DNA from: a bacterium
GTDB lineage: Bacteria; Krumholzibacteriota; Krumholzibacteriia; LZORAL124-64-63
Assembly: GCA_031441465.1 (NCBI GenBank)
Contig: JANOEP010000066.1
Location: 1-64,000, forward strand
Length of the DNA stretch: 64,000 bases
Reading direction: 5' to 3'
Notes under the pieces: generated by a model
What the model saw: the letters and a program-made list of their open reading frames with translations, nothing else
What the model was told of the DNA's origin: nothing
Databases searched by the model: none
Program-made: the position numbers and the translations under genes
Part shown: in pieces, positions 1 through 8,398 of the stretch
How the letters are laid out: every line of letters begins with the position of its first letter
How positions within the stretch are numbered: position 1 is the first letter of the stretch

Positions 1-96
1 AGCTCAAAAAGCAAAGGAACTTCTTCATGGGAGCTTTCCGGATCAAGTGCGTGCAATTCTTGGGTCAGAGTTAACGAAAGATGGATTGGATATATT

Positions 97-333
97 TCAC
101 GAACGGAAGCGCGGCGCCAGCCACGCCACCAGCAGGGCCCACAGGCAGATCACGAACCCCAGACCCAGGCCCGTGCCGACGAAGGTCAGCGGCGCGATGG
201 CCGACTGGGCGCTCGAGAGCCACTGCTGCGGCACGTTGGACAGGAACAGGCGGTGGAAGATCAGGCCGAACACCACGCCCAGGGCGAGGCTGCCGACCAG
301 GGTCATGATGAGGCCGACGCGGACGTTCTGCAT
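97..333 (-). CDS. small hypothetical membrane protein (2 TM)
   Basis: 78-aa ORF with two hydrophobic segments; GGAGG RBS upstream; GC-rich codon usage. Confidence 0.7.
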   Translation of the reverse strand: MQNVRVGLIMTLVGSLALGVVFGLIFHRLFLSNVPQQWLSSAQSAIAPLTFVGTGLGLGFVICLWALLVAWLAPRFRS

Positions 334-418
334 GCTGGCACCTCCGGATGGCTGAACGGAACGACGCCGCGCATCCTAGCAGGCCGGCCGGCGTCTGTCT
401 CCACCCGAGCCTGCCGCC

Positions 419-447
419 TTGACGGCGGAGCGGCCCCCCGGTACCAT
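419..447 (+). promoter_or_regulatory. sigma70-type promoter for nfeD-SPFH
   Basis: TTGACG-N17-TACCAT, 48 bp upstream of ATG 496. Confidence 0.6.
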
Positions 448-495
448 CCCGCCGGGGTTCCCGCCGAACGCGACCGCATCCCGACTGGAGGCGAC

Positions 496-924
496 ATGGC
501 CTGGTGGATCTGGATCATCGTGGGCGCGATCCTGCTCGCCGCGGAGGCGGTGATCACCGCCGACTTCTACCTCGTCTTCTTCGGTCTGGCCGGTCTGCTG
601 GTGGGTCTGCTCGGCGTCTGCGGCGTGCACCTGCCGGCCTGGACGCAGTGGCTGTTGTTCGCCGTGCTGGCCGTCGCCGGCCTGCTGCTCTACCGGGGCC
701 CCCTGAAGCGCAAGCTCGCGAAAGTCGACCGGGCGATGGGCCCCGAGATGATCGGCGAGACCGCCTGCGCCCAGGCGCCGATCCCGTCCGGCGGGCGCGG
801 GCGCGTCGACCTGCGCGGCACGGCGTGGGACGCCCTGAACGACGGCGACGTCGGGATCGCCGACGGCGGGCGTTGCGTCGTGACGGGCCTGGACGGACTG
901 ACCCTGCTCGTCCGCGCCGTATGA
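496..924 (+). CDS. NfeD family protein (short, YbbJ-like)
   Basis: Start reassigned to ATG 496 after GGAGG; hydrophobic N-terminus (WWIWIIVG..AEA) plus OB-like GRVDLRGTAWDA; precedes SPFH gene. Confidence 0.88.
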   Translation: MAWWIWIIVGAILLAAEAVITADFYLVFFGLAGLLVGLLGVCGVHLPAWTQWLLFAVLAVAGLLLYRGPLKRKLAKVDRAMGPEMIGETACAQAPIPSGGRGRVDLRGTAWDALNDGDVGIADGGRCVVTGLDGLTLLVRAV

Positions 925-953
925 GCCGCTAACCGCCTTCACTGGAGGACGCC

Positions 954-1883
954 ATGGACACCATGATCGCCGCCGTCGTCGTCGTATTGCTGGTCCTGAT
1001 CGTGATCGCCAGGACCGCGATCGTCGTGCCCCAGCAGTCCGCCTACATCGTGGAATACCTGGGCAAGTACCGCAAGACCATCCAGGCCGGCTTCCACATC
1101 CTGGTGCCCTTCGTCGAGAAGGTCGCCTACAAGCACAGCCTCAAGGAACGGGCCTTCGACATCGCCGAACAGGTCTGCATCACGCGCGACAACGTGCAGG
1201 TCGGCGTCGACGGCGTGCTGTACCTGAAGGTGCTCGATCCGCAGCGCGCGTCGTACGGCATCACCGACTTCAACTTCGCCATCACGCAGCTGTCCCAGAC
1301 CACGCTGCGCAGCGAGATCGGCAAGATCGACCTGGACCGCACGTTCGAGGAGCGCGCCACGATCAACCTGCAGGTGGTGCAGGAGCTGGACAAGGCGTCC
1401 GAGCCGTGGGGCGTCAAGGTGCTGCGCTACGAGATCAAGAACATCAACCCGCCGCGCGACGTGCTCAGCGCCATGGAGAAGCAGATGCGCGCCGAGCGCG
1501 AGAAGCGCGCCACGATCCTCACCAGCGAAGGCGACCGCGACGCGCAGATCAACCGGGCCGAGGGTGAGAAGCAGCGGGTCATCAAGGAGTCCGAGGCCAG
1601 CCAGCAGCAGCAGATCAACGAGGCGCAGGGCGAGGCCGCGGCCATCCTGGCCGTCGCCACGGCCACGGCCGAGGGCCTGCGCCAGGTCGCCTCGGCGCTC
1701 AGTACCCCGGGCGGCGACCAGGCCATGCGCCTGCGCGTCGCGGAGCAGTACGTGGGCGAGTTCGGCAAGCTGGCCAAGGCCGGCAACACGCTGGTCCTGC
1801 CGGCGAACCTGAGCGACGTGGGCGGGATGATCGCGCTGGCGACCAACATCGTGAAGGGCGGGTCCGCGGACGGGGCGCGCTAG
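954..1883 (+). CDS. SPFH/band-7 stomatin-like protein (paraslipin/QmcA type)
   Basis: N-terminal TM, CITRDNVQVGVDG, TTLRSEIGK, WGVKVLRYEIKNI, AMEKQMRAERE motifs. Confidence 0.95.
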   Translation: MDTMIAAVVVVLLVLIVIARTAIVVPQQSAYIVEYLGKYRKTIQAGFHILVPFVEKVAYKHSLKERAFDIAEQVCITRDNVQVGVDGVLYLKVLDPQRASYGITDFNFAITQLSQTTLRSEIGKIDLDRTFEERATINLQVVQELDKASEPWGVKVLRYEIKNINPPRDVLSAMEKQMRAEREKRATILTSEGDRDAQINRAEGEKQRVIKESEASQQQQINEAQGEAAAILAVATATAEGLRQVASALSTPGGDQAMRLRVAEQYVGEFGKLAKAGNTLVLPANLSDVGGMIALATNIVKGGSADGAR

Positions 1884-2833
1884 CGGCGCGTCCAGCGCAG
1901 TCGCGGCGGCGGCGGCGGCCGCCACGAACGCCAGGGCAGGCGGCGTCCGGTCTCGCCGAATCGTTCACCGGCCCAGATCACCAGCGCGCCCAGCATCAGC
2001 CCGCCGATGACGTCCACGACGTAGTGGTAGCGGCAGTAGACGGTCGCGGCGCAGAGCAGGACGAACACCGCCGTCATCCACCAGCGGCGGCGGGGGAAGA
2101 GCCGCCAGACGTGCCACCACGCCACCATCGAGGCGGCGACGTGGCTGCTCGGGAAGGCGGCGCCCAGGATCGCGCCGTTGGCGTGGATGTAGTGCATGAG
2201 GTCGGTGAAGATCCAGCCCGGGACCGGGATCGGGCCGGTGCGGAAGTACTTCGGCCCCCACGCCGGGAAAAACGTGTACAGGGTGTAGCAGAGCAGCATC
2301 ACGCCGCCCAGGTCGCGCGCGAAGGCGCGGATCGCGGTCCAGCGCCGGCCCGCGGGCAGTCCGCCGTCGCGCACGATCATCGCCAGCACCAGCGGCGCCA
2401 GGGCGTAGTAGCTGAAGTAGGCCGCCTCCATCAGCTCGTGGAACCACGCCCAGGGCCAGGCCCGGCTCCAGGCCAGGCTCGGCTGCAGGCCGAAGATCCT
2501 CTCTTCCCAACCGATCAGCACCGGGTCGAAGCTGTCGTGGAACCCGTGGAAGACGATGCCGAGGTACTCCATCTCCGCGTAGAACAGCGGGAACGCGAAC
2601 GGCAGGTAGATCTCGCCCAGGAAGCGCACCAGGGCCGAGCGCGACATGCGGGCCAGGGGCGGCAGGAACCACACGAACAGGGCCGCACAGAGATGCCAGA
2701 CCAGGCGCTCGTAGGGCCGCGCCACGACGTCCGGACGCAGCAGCGGGTAGAAACCGCTGACCACCAGATAGACCACGGCCCAGCGGTCCAGCTCGATGCG
2801 GAAGAGGGCCAGCGCCTGCAGTCTACGGCGCAC
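1880..2833 (-). CDS. PAP2 superfamily membrane enzyme, Aur1/inositol-phosphorylceramide synthase-like
   Basis: Multi-TM; FPAWGPKY, AFPSSH and TVYCRYHYVVDV motifs of the PAP2_3/Aur1-like subfamily; last gene of the spt operon. Confidence 0.8.
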   Translation of the reverse strand: MRRRLQALALFRIELDRWAVVYLVVSGFYPLLRPDVVARPYERLVWHLCAALFVWFLPPLARMSRSALVRFLGEIYLPFAFPLFYAEMEYLGIVFHGFHDSFDPVLIGWEERIFGLQPSLAWSRAWPWAWFHELMEAAYFSYYALAPLVLAMIVRDGGLPAGRRWTAIRAFARDLGGVMLLCYTLYTFFPAWGPKYFRTGPIPVPGWIFTDLMHYIHANGAILGAAFPSSHVAASMVAWWHVWRLFPRRRWWMTAVFVLLCAATVYCRYHYVVDVIGGLMLGALVIWAGERFGETGRRLPWRSWRPPPPPRLRWTRR

Positions 2834-3842
2834 GGAGCCATCCTTCCCGACGGTAGAATTCCAGCGTCTCGGTGAAACCCCGCGCCAGGTCGCGCGCGCC
2901 GGCGAAGCCCAGCTCGTCGCGCAGGCGCGAGCCGTCGCAGACCCAGCCGGTCGCCGCGGCGTCGCGCAGGCGGTCGGCGGCCAGCAGCGGCAGCCGCTCG
3001 GCGCGTTCCCCGCCGACCAGTCGCGCGATCAGCCGCAGTACGCCGATCGGCACGTGGACGCTGCGGACGCGGCGGCCCCAGGCGGCGCCCAGGGCGGCGG
3101 CCAGCGCGGGCGTGTCGTGGGCGGCGCCGTCGTCGACGAACCAGGGTCCGCGGGCCCGCTCGTCCTCCAGCAGCAGGACCGCGGCCGCGGCCGCGTCGCG
3201 CCCGTCGAGCAGCGATAGGGCGCGGATGTTGCCCAGCTGCGCGGTCCAGCCGTACTTCGCCGCGCGGAACAGTTCCAGGAACGCCCGGTCGCGCGGTCCG
3301 TACAGGGCCGGCGGCCGCAGCGCGCAGGTCCGCAGCGGCCAGTCTCCCGCCAGCATCTGTTCCGCGGCCAGCTTCGAGCGGCCGTAGCCCGTGATCGGGG
3401 CGCAGGGGTCGCTCTCGCGGCGCGGCCGCTCCGGTCCGGCGGGGCCCGACGCGGCCAGGCTGGAGACCAGCACGAAGCTGCGTACGGTGCCCGACCGGGC
3501 GGCCGCCTCGAGCAGGCGCCGCGTGCTCAGGACGTTGCCGCGGCGGTAGCCGTCCTCGTCGGGCGAGCGCACCACGCCGGCGCAGTGGAGCACGGCGTCG
3601 ACGCCGCGGACCAACTCGTCCAGGCCGGCGGTGTCGGCGTCGTCGGGGAGTCCGCGCGGCGGCGCGAGCACCGCCGCCACGGTCTCGACGCGCGGGTCGA
3701 GCCGGCGGCGGTCGCTGTTCGGGCGCACCGAGGCGCGCACCGCGTGGCCGCGGGCGAGCAGCAGGTCGGCGATGTGGCCGCCGAGGAAACCCGTGGCGCC
3801 GGTCAGCGCCACCAGACCGCGCGTGCCGGCGTCGGCGTTCAT
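2823..3842 (-). CDS. NAD-dependent epimerase/dehydratase (extended SDR), putative ceramide reductase CerR
   Basis: TGATGFLG Rossmann motif and YGRSK; ATG 3842 overlaps upstream stop (ATGA); the CerR role is inferred from context. Confidence 0.8.
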   Translation of the reverse strand: MNADAGTRGLVALTGATGFLGGHIADLLLARGHAVRASVRPNSDRRRLDPRVETVAAVLAPPRGLPDDADTAGLDELVRGVDAVLHCAGVVRSPDEDGYRRGNVLSTRRLLEAAARSGTVRSFVLVSSLAASGPAGPERPRRESDPCAPITGYGRSKLAAEQMLAGDWPLRTCALRPPALYGPRDRAFLELFRAAKYGWTAQLGNIRALSLLDGRDAAAAAVLLLEDERARGPWFVDDGAAHDTPALAAALGAAWGRRVRSVHVPIGVLRLIARLVGGERAERLPLLAADRLRDAAATGWVCDGSRLRDELGFAGARDLARGFTETLEFYRREGWLRAP

Positions 3843-4969
3843 GAGAGGGGCAGGTCGTAGATCCGGTAGGTCTTGTACACCTTGGCGCCCAGCTTGTCGA
3901 GGATGCGGTTCATGGCGGTGTTGTTCTCGAGGATCCAGCTGCATTCGCCGGCGGTGATGCCGCCCTTGACTGCGGCCTTGTAGCTGCGCAGGACCATCAG
4001 CACGTCCACGCCCTTGTGGCGGTGTTCGGGCAGCACGCCCATCAGCAGGGTTCGCGCGTAGATGACCTTCTTGCGGTCGGCGAGGAAGCGGAAAATCCCG
4101 AAGGGGAACAGGCGGCCGCGGACGCGCTTCATCGCCAGGTTGAAGTCCGGGACGGTCATGCTGAAGCCCACCGGCTCGCCCTTCCACTCGGCGATCAGCA
4201 ACAGGTTCTCGTTGACCATCGTCTTCATCTCGCGGCCCGCGAAGTAGAACTCGTCGGGGTCCATGGGGATGAAGCCCCAGTTCTCGTGCCAGCAGCGGTT
4301 GTACAGTCCGCGGATCAACTCGACCTCGTTGCGGAAGTCCTTCTTGTTGATCGGCCGCACGGTCAGGTCGCTCTCGCCCCGGAAGACCTTCTTCGCGTTC
4401 TCCATCACGCGCTCGGGCAGCGTGAAGCCGTCGGCGGTGATGCGCCAGGCCCACAGGTCGCGGCTCTTGGCCAGACCCGGGTAAGACTCCAGCAGGTCCT
4501 GGTACCAGACCGGGTTGTAGGCCATGCCGGTGACCGGGGACGACGGTTCGCCCGCGATCAGCAGGCCGGGGTTGTCGTGGTTGGTCGTGAAGTTCAGCGG
4601 CCCGCGCATGACCGTCTGGCCCCGCTCGCGCAGCCAGTCCCGGGCCGCGTCCAGCAGGGCGTGGGCGGTCGCGCGGTCCTGTTCGCACTCGAAGAAGCCG
4701 AAGAATCCCGTGGTCTCGTGCCAGTGCTCGTTGTGGTAGCGGTCGACGCACGCGCCCACGCGGCCGACGACCACGCCGTCGCGCCGCGCCAGCCAGAGCC
4801 GGGTCTCGGCGTGGCGGAAGAACGGGTTGTGGCCGGGGTCGAGGAACTCGCGCAACTGCTTCAGCAGCGGGAAGACGTAGTGGGGGTCGTCGGCGTAGAC
4901 GGCGTACGGCAGCTGCAGGAAGGCTTCGAGGTCGCGCTTGCCGGCGACGGGGGTGATCGCGACGCCCAT
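3839..4969 (-). CDS. GNAT N-acyltransferase, putative bacterial ceramide synthase (bCerS/YghO-like)
   Basis: NPFFRHA, GFFGFFEC, RGPLNFTTN, YNPVWY, NWGFIP, SWILENN, YKTYRIY motifs; directly downstream of spt. Confidence 0.82.
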   Translation of the reverse strand: MGVAITPVAGKRDLEAFLQLPYAVYADDPHYVFPLLKQLREFLDPGHNPFFRHAETRLWLARRDGVVVGRVGACVDRYHNEHWHETTGFFGFFECEQDRATAHALLDAARDWLRERGQTVMRGPLNFTTNHDNPGLLIAGEPSSPVTGMAYNPVWYQDLLESYPGLAKSRDLWAWRITADGFTLPERVMENAKKVFRGESDLTVRPINKKDFRNEVELIRGLYNRCWHENWGFIPMDPDEFYFAGREMKTMVNENLLLIAEWKGEPVGFSMTVPDFNLAMKRVRGRLFPFGIFRFLADRKKVIYARTLLMGVLPEHRHKGVDVLMVLRSYKAAVKGGITAGECSWILENNTAMNRILDKLGAKVYKTYRIYDLPLS

Positions 4970-4991
4970 GCGGTCTCCTCGGGGGATCGGG

Positions 4992-6170
4992 TCAGACGAC
5001 GCCCAGTTCGCGGCCCACGCGGGTCATGATGTCCATGGCCCGGTGCACCTCGTCCTCGGTGTGGGTGGCCATCAGGCTCAGGCGGATCAGGGCGCCGCCC
5101 TTCTCCACGGCGGGGGAGACCACGGGGTTGACGAAGACCCCCTCCTCGAACAGCCGCCCGCACATCTGGAAGGCCAGCAGGTCCTCGCCGATGACCGCCG
5201 GGATGATGGGTGTGCTGGAGGGACCGGTGTCGAAGCCGGCGTCCTGCAGGCGCGCCATCATGATCGCGGTGTTGCGCCACAGATGCTTCAGGCGCCACTC
5301 CTCCTCGATCATCATGTCGACCGCGGCCGAAACCGAGGCGACCGAGGCGGGCGGCATGCTCGCCGAGAAGATCAGCGAGCGGGCGACGTGCTGGATGAAG
5401 TGGATGGTCTCCTTGTCCGCGGCGATGAAGCCGCCGACCGAGGCCAGGGACTTGCTGAAGGTGCTCATGATCAGGGGCACGCGGTCGGTGACCCCGAAAT
5501 GGTCGGCGGTGCCGCGCCCCTGCGCACCCAGCACGCCCACGCCGTGCGCGTCGTCGATCATCAGCACGGCGCCGTGACGCTCGGCCAGATCCAGGATCTC
5601 CGGGATCTTGGCGACGTCGCCGTGCATGGAGAACACGCCGTCCACGACGATGAGCTTGCCGTCGGTGGTGCAGGTGTCCAGGGTCTGCGCCAACGACGCC
5701 ATGTCGTTGTGCTTGTACTTCTTGACCTGCCCGAAGCTCAGGCGGGTGCCGTCGATGATCGAGGCGTGGTCGGTGCGGTCGACGATGACGGTGTCGTTGC
5801 GGCCGACCAGCGCGGAGATCGCGCCCAGGTTGACCATCATGCCGGTCGAGAAGACCAGAGCGGCCTCCTTGCCCACCAGGCGGGCCAGCTTCTCTTCCAG
5901 CTCGAGGTGGATGTCCAGGGTGCCGTTCAGCAACCGCGAGCCGGCGCAACCGGTGCCGTACTTGTCCAGGGCCGACTTGGCGGCTTCCTTCACCCGGGGG
6001 TGGTTCGTCAGGCCCAGGTAGTTGTTGCTCCCGAGCATGATGACTTCACGGCCGTCGATCCGGACCGTGTTCTCCTGGGCCGATTCGATGACCCGGAAGA
6101 AATGGTACAGCCCGGCGGCCTGAAGATCCTTGGCTGTGGTGAATTGGGCGACCTTGTCCAGAAGACCCAT
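4992..6170 (-). CDS. spt: alpha-oxoamine synthase, probable serine palmitoyltransferase
   Basis: MLGSNNYLGL, GSRLLNGT, DHASIID, DDAHG, PLP-lysine motif STFSKSLASVGG (Spt-type TFSKS); start reassigned to ATG 6170 with AAGGA RBS. Confidence 0.85.
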   Translation of the reverse strand: MGLLDKVAQFTTAKDLQAAGLYHFFRVIESAQENTVRIDGREVIMLGSNNYLGLTNHPRVKEAAKSALDKYGTGCAGSRLLNGTLDIHLELEEKLARLVGKEAALVFSTGMMVNLGAISALVGRNDTVIVDRTDHASIIDGTRLSFGQVKKYKHNDMASLAQTLDTCTTDGKLIVVDGVFSMHGDVAKIPEILDLAERHGAVLMIDDAHGVGVLGAQGRGTADHFGVTDRVPLIMSTFSKSLASVGGFIAADKETIHFIQHVARSLIFSASMPPASVASVSAAVDMMIEEEWRLKHLWRNTAIMMARLQDAGFDTGPSSTPIIPAVIGEDLLAFQMCGRLFEEGVFVNPVVSPAVEKGGALIRLSLMATHTEDEVHRAMDIMTRVGRELGVV

Positions 6171-6369
6171 GTTGCCGTGTTCCTTGTTGAACCGTCGGAC
6201 ACGAGAATTGAATGCCGTTCTCGATTGCGGGCGCAGTCGGCCCCGAACATATACGGGTTCGCAGCCGCATACCAATAAATTTAAGGCGAGACGGCTCCGC
6301 CCTGCGCCTGCCCTGGACTGGTTTTCCGTTCAGGAAGAGGTCCCCGCGCTCCCCAATCTGGCGTGAGGG

Positions 6370-6960
6370 TCAACCCCGCGACGGGTCCTCCCCGAAGACC
6401 TCGGCCTCGAAGACGTGGAACCGGGCGCCCCGGCGCCAAGCATCGGCCGCCAGGCCGGCCTTGATGGCGAGCTGGTCGAGCAACGTGCCGCGGTCCCAGC
6501 CCTGTTCGGCGGCGACCTGGGGCAGGAACACCGCCCGCGCGTTCCCGCAAGTCATGACGACGCCGTGGCGGGGCACTTCGATTCGTCGCCAATCCGCGAC
6601 GGGCCGCAGCGGCGTCAGTGCCGAGATCTCCAAGGTCAGGCCGGGCAGTTCGTCCGCGGTCAGGGGCAGGAAGCGCGGGTCGCGGAAAGCGGCCGCCAGG
6701 GTGTTGGCGACCACGGTTTCGCCGAGGGGGGCCGTGCCCTGGATGTCGCCGATGCAACCCCGCAAGCGGCCGTGGCGGTGGAGCGTCACGAAGGCGCCGC
6801 GCCGCTCGAGCAGGGGCGCGCTCAACGCCGTGCCGGCGGCTTCGGCGAAGGTCCGGGGCCGAGGCGGGGGCTCGCCCCGCACCGCGGCGTCCAGGGTGGC
6901 GCGCGCGAGCCGCAGCAGGAAGGACCGCTCCTGCGCGGTCAGCGCCGCGGGCGCGCTCAA
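6370..6960 (-). CDS. AmmeMemoRadiSam system protein A (AMMECR1 domain)
   Basis: GAFVTL..GRLRGCIG, AAFRDPRF, FLPQVA, KAGL motifs; TTG start overlaps protein B stop. Confidence 0.9.
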   Translation of the reverse strand: MSAPAALTAQERSFLLRLARATLDAAVRGEPPPRPRTFAEAAGTALSAPLLERRGAFVTLHRHGRLRGCIGDIQGTAPLGETVVANTLAAAFRDPRFLPLTADELPGLTLEISALTPLRPVADWRRIEVPRHGVVMTCGNARAVFLPQVAAEQGWDRGTLLDQLAIKAGLAADAWRRGARFHVFEAEVFGEDPSRG

Positions 6961-7838
6961 GATCCCGCCGGGAGCGGCAGGCAGGCGACGGCGGCGGCGT
7001 AGCTCACCGAGAGTGTGTAGTCGCCGTCGCGGTCCGCGCTGCGGGCGTAGTCGATCACGGCGGCGCGCGGGCGTTCGCGCCAGGGCAGGGACAGCACCAG
7101 GGCCGCGGCCTCCAGGCCGCACATGGTGATGCCGGTGCGCCTCGCGTGATCGAGCAGCGCTTCCGCATCCCACGCCAGGAAGGCGTCCAGGACACCCTGG
7201 TCCAGCTCGCGCAGCCGTTCCGGCAAACGGTCGCGGAACGGCACGTAGCCGTAGATGGAGCCGTAATGCGTCAGGTCGGTCGAGATCACGAACAGAGTGG
7301 AACCGTCGCACCAGGGAGCCAGCGCTTCGGCGGCCACGTACCGCAGGGCCCGCGAGAGCGGGGGGACCAGCAGCGGCACGATCGGCGGCGGGTCGGGGGT
7401 CAGCGCCTGCAGCAAGGGCAGCTGGATCTCCTCGGCGTGTTCCCGGGCGTGGGCATGGGTGTCCCTGGTGAAGGAAGCGTTGTGGGCGATCCGCTCGCAG
7501 GCGGCCCGGTCCAGGGCGATCTCGCCCAGCGGCGTGGCGTAGGCGTCCCAACGCGGCGTCGAGATGCGGGCCAGCGCAGCGCGGTGGTTGGGAGCGAGGA
7601 TCACGATGCGCCGGTACCCCGCCACCAGGCCGCGCAGCAACCCCCAGCCCCTCCCCGCCACGTGTCCCGAATAGGCGTACCCGGCGTGGGGCACCATCAA
7701 CACGACGGGCCGGCCGGGTGGCAGCCGGTCCGGTTCGGCGTCGGCGAGCAAGCCCGTGGCGAGCTCCCGCAACTCGTGCGGCGACTCGGGGTACCAGGAG
7801 CCGGCCAGGGCGCTCGGACGCACGGTGGCGGTGGGCAT
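6957..7838 (-). CDS. AmmeMemoRadiSam system protein B (MEMO1 family)
   Basis: AGSWYP, PHAGYAYSG, EHAEEIQLP, STDLTHY, TMCG, SVSY motifs. Confidence 0.92.
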   Translation of the reverse strand: MPTATVRPSALAGSWYPESPHELRELATGLLADAEPDRLPPGRPVVLMVPHAGYAYSGHVAGRGWGLLRGLVAGYRRIVILAPNHRAALARISTPRWDAYATPLGEIALDRAACERIAHNASFTRDTHAHAREHAEEIQLPLLQALTPDPPPIVPLLVPPLSRALRYVAAEALAPWCDGSTLFVISTDLTHYGSIYGYVPFRDRLPERLRELDQGVLDAFLAWDAEALLDHARRTGITMCGLEAAALVLSLPWRERPRAAVIDYARSADRDGDYTLSVSYAAAVACLPLPAGS

Positions 7839-8050
7839 CGATCACCTCCGATTCGGTCGGAAACCCGCTGGATCCTACCAGATCGCCACCATTCCCGCCA
7901 CGCGTCATCCCCGCGACAACGGCTCCCGCCGAGCAGGGGCCATCACTGGGCAGGAAGCCGGGACTTGCATCCGGGCGCGTTCGGCATCATTCTGTTGAGG
8001 TGTCGTGCGGCGACGGGTATGCGCCCCAATCCCCCCATGGGAGGACCAGC

Positions 8051-8398
8051 GTGAAGATTACCGAGAAACCCCAGGGCGAAGTCATGATCCTGCTGCTGTC
8101 GGGCAAGATCATGGGCGGCGAGGACAATGATCTGTTCCACAACCAGATCAAGACCCTGATCACGGCGGGTTACGTGGACGTGATCCTCAATCTGGGCAAG
8201 GTCAACTGGATCAATTCCACCGGCTTGGGCGTGCTCGTCTCCGGCTTCCACACGCTGAAGAAGAACGGCGGCCAGATGCGGATCTGCGACGTGACCGATC
8301 GGATCGACAACATCCTGAACGTCACCCAGCTCAAGCTCGTGTTCGAAACCTACGACACCGAGGCCGCCGCGCTCGCATCCCTGGGTCACGCCAGTTGA
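8051..8398 (+). CDS. STAS domain anti-sigma factor antagonist
   Basis: GTG after GGAGG; LNLGKVNWINSTGLGVL phospho-Ser motif; ~115 aa. Confidence 0.9.
   Translation: MKITEKPQGEVMILLLSGKIMGGEDNDLFHNQIKTLITAGYVDVILNLGKVNWINSTGLGVLVSGFHTLKKNGGQMRICDVTDRIDNILNVTQLKLVFETYDTEAAALASLGHAS

Noticed and set aside
2823..4751. 642-aa ORF as a fused SDR
   Set aside because: The N-terminal part is an off-frame overlap of the GNAT gene; the real start is the coupled ATG at 3842.
4992..6170. BioF or Kbl assignment
   Set aside because: The TFSKS motif and the GNAT/SDR/PAP2 context favour Spt, and there are no bio or tdh neighbours. Not fully excluded without a phylogeny.
6171..6369. Riboswitch or ncRNA in the spt leader
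   Set aside because: Only short hairpins are present and I recognise no Rfam-like consensus; a covariance-model search would be needed.
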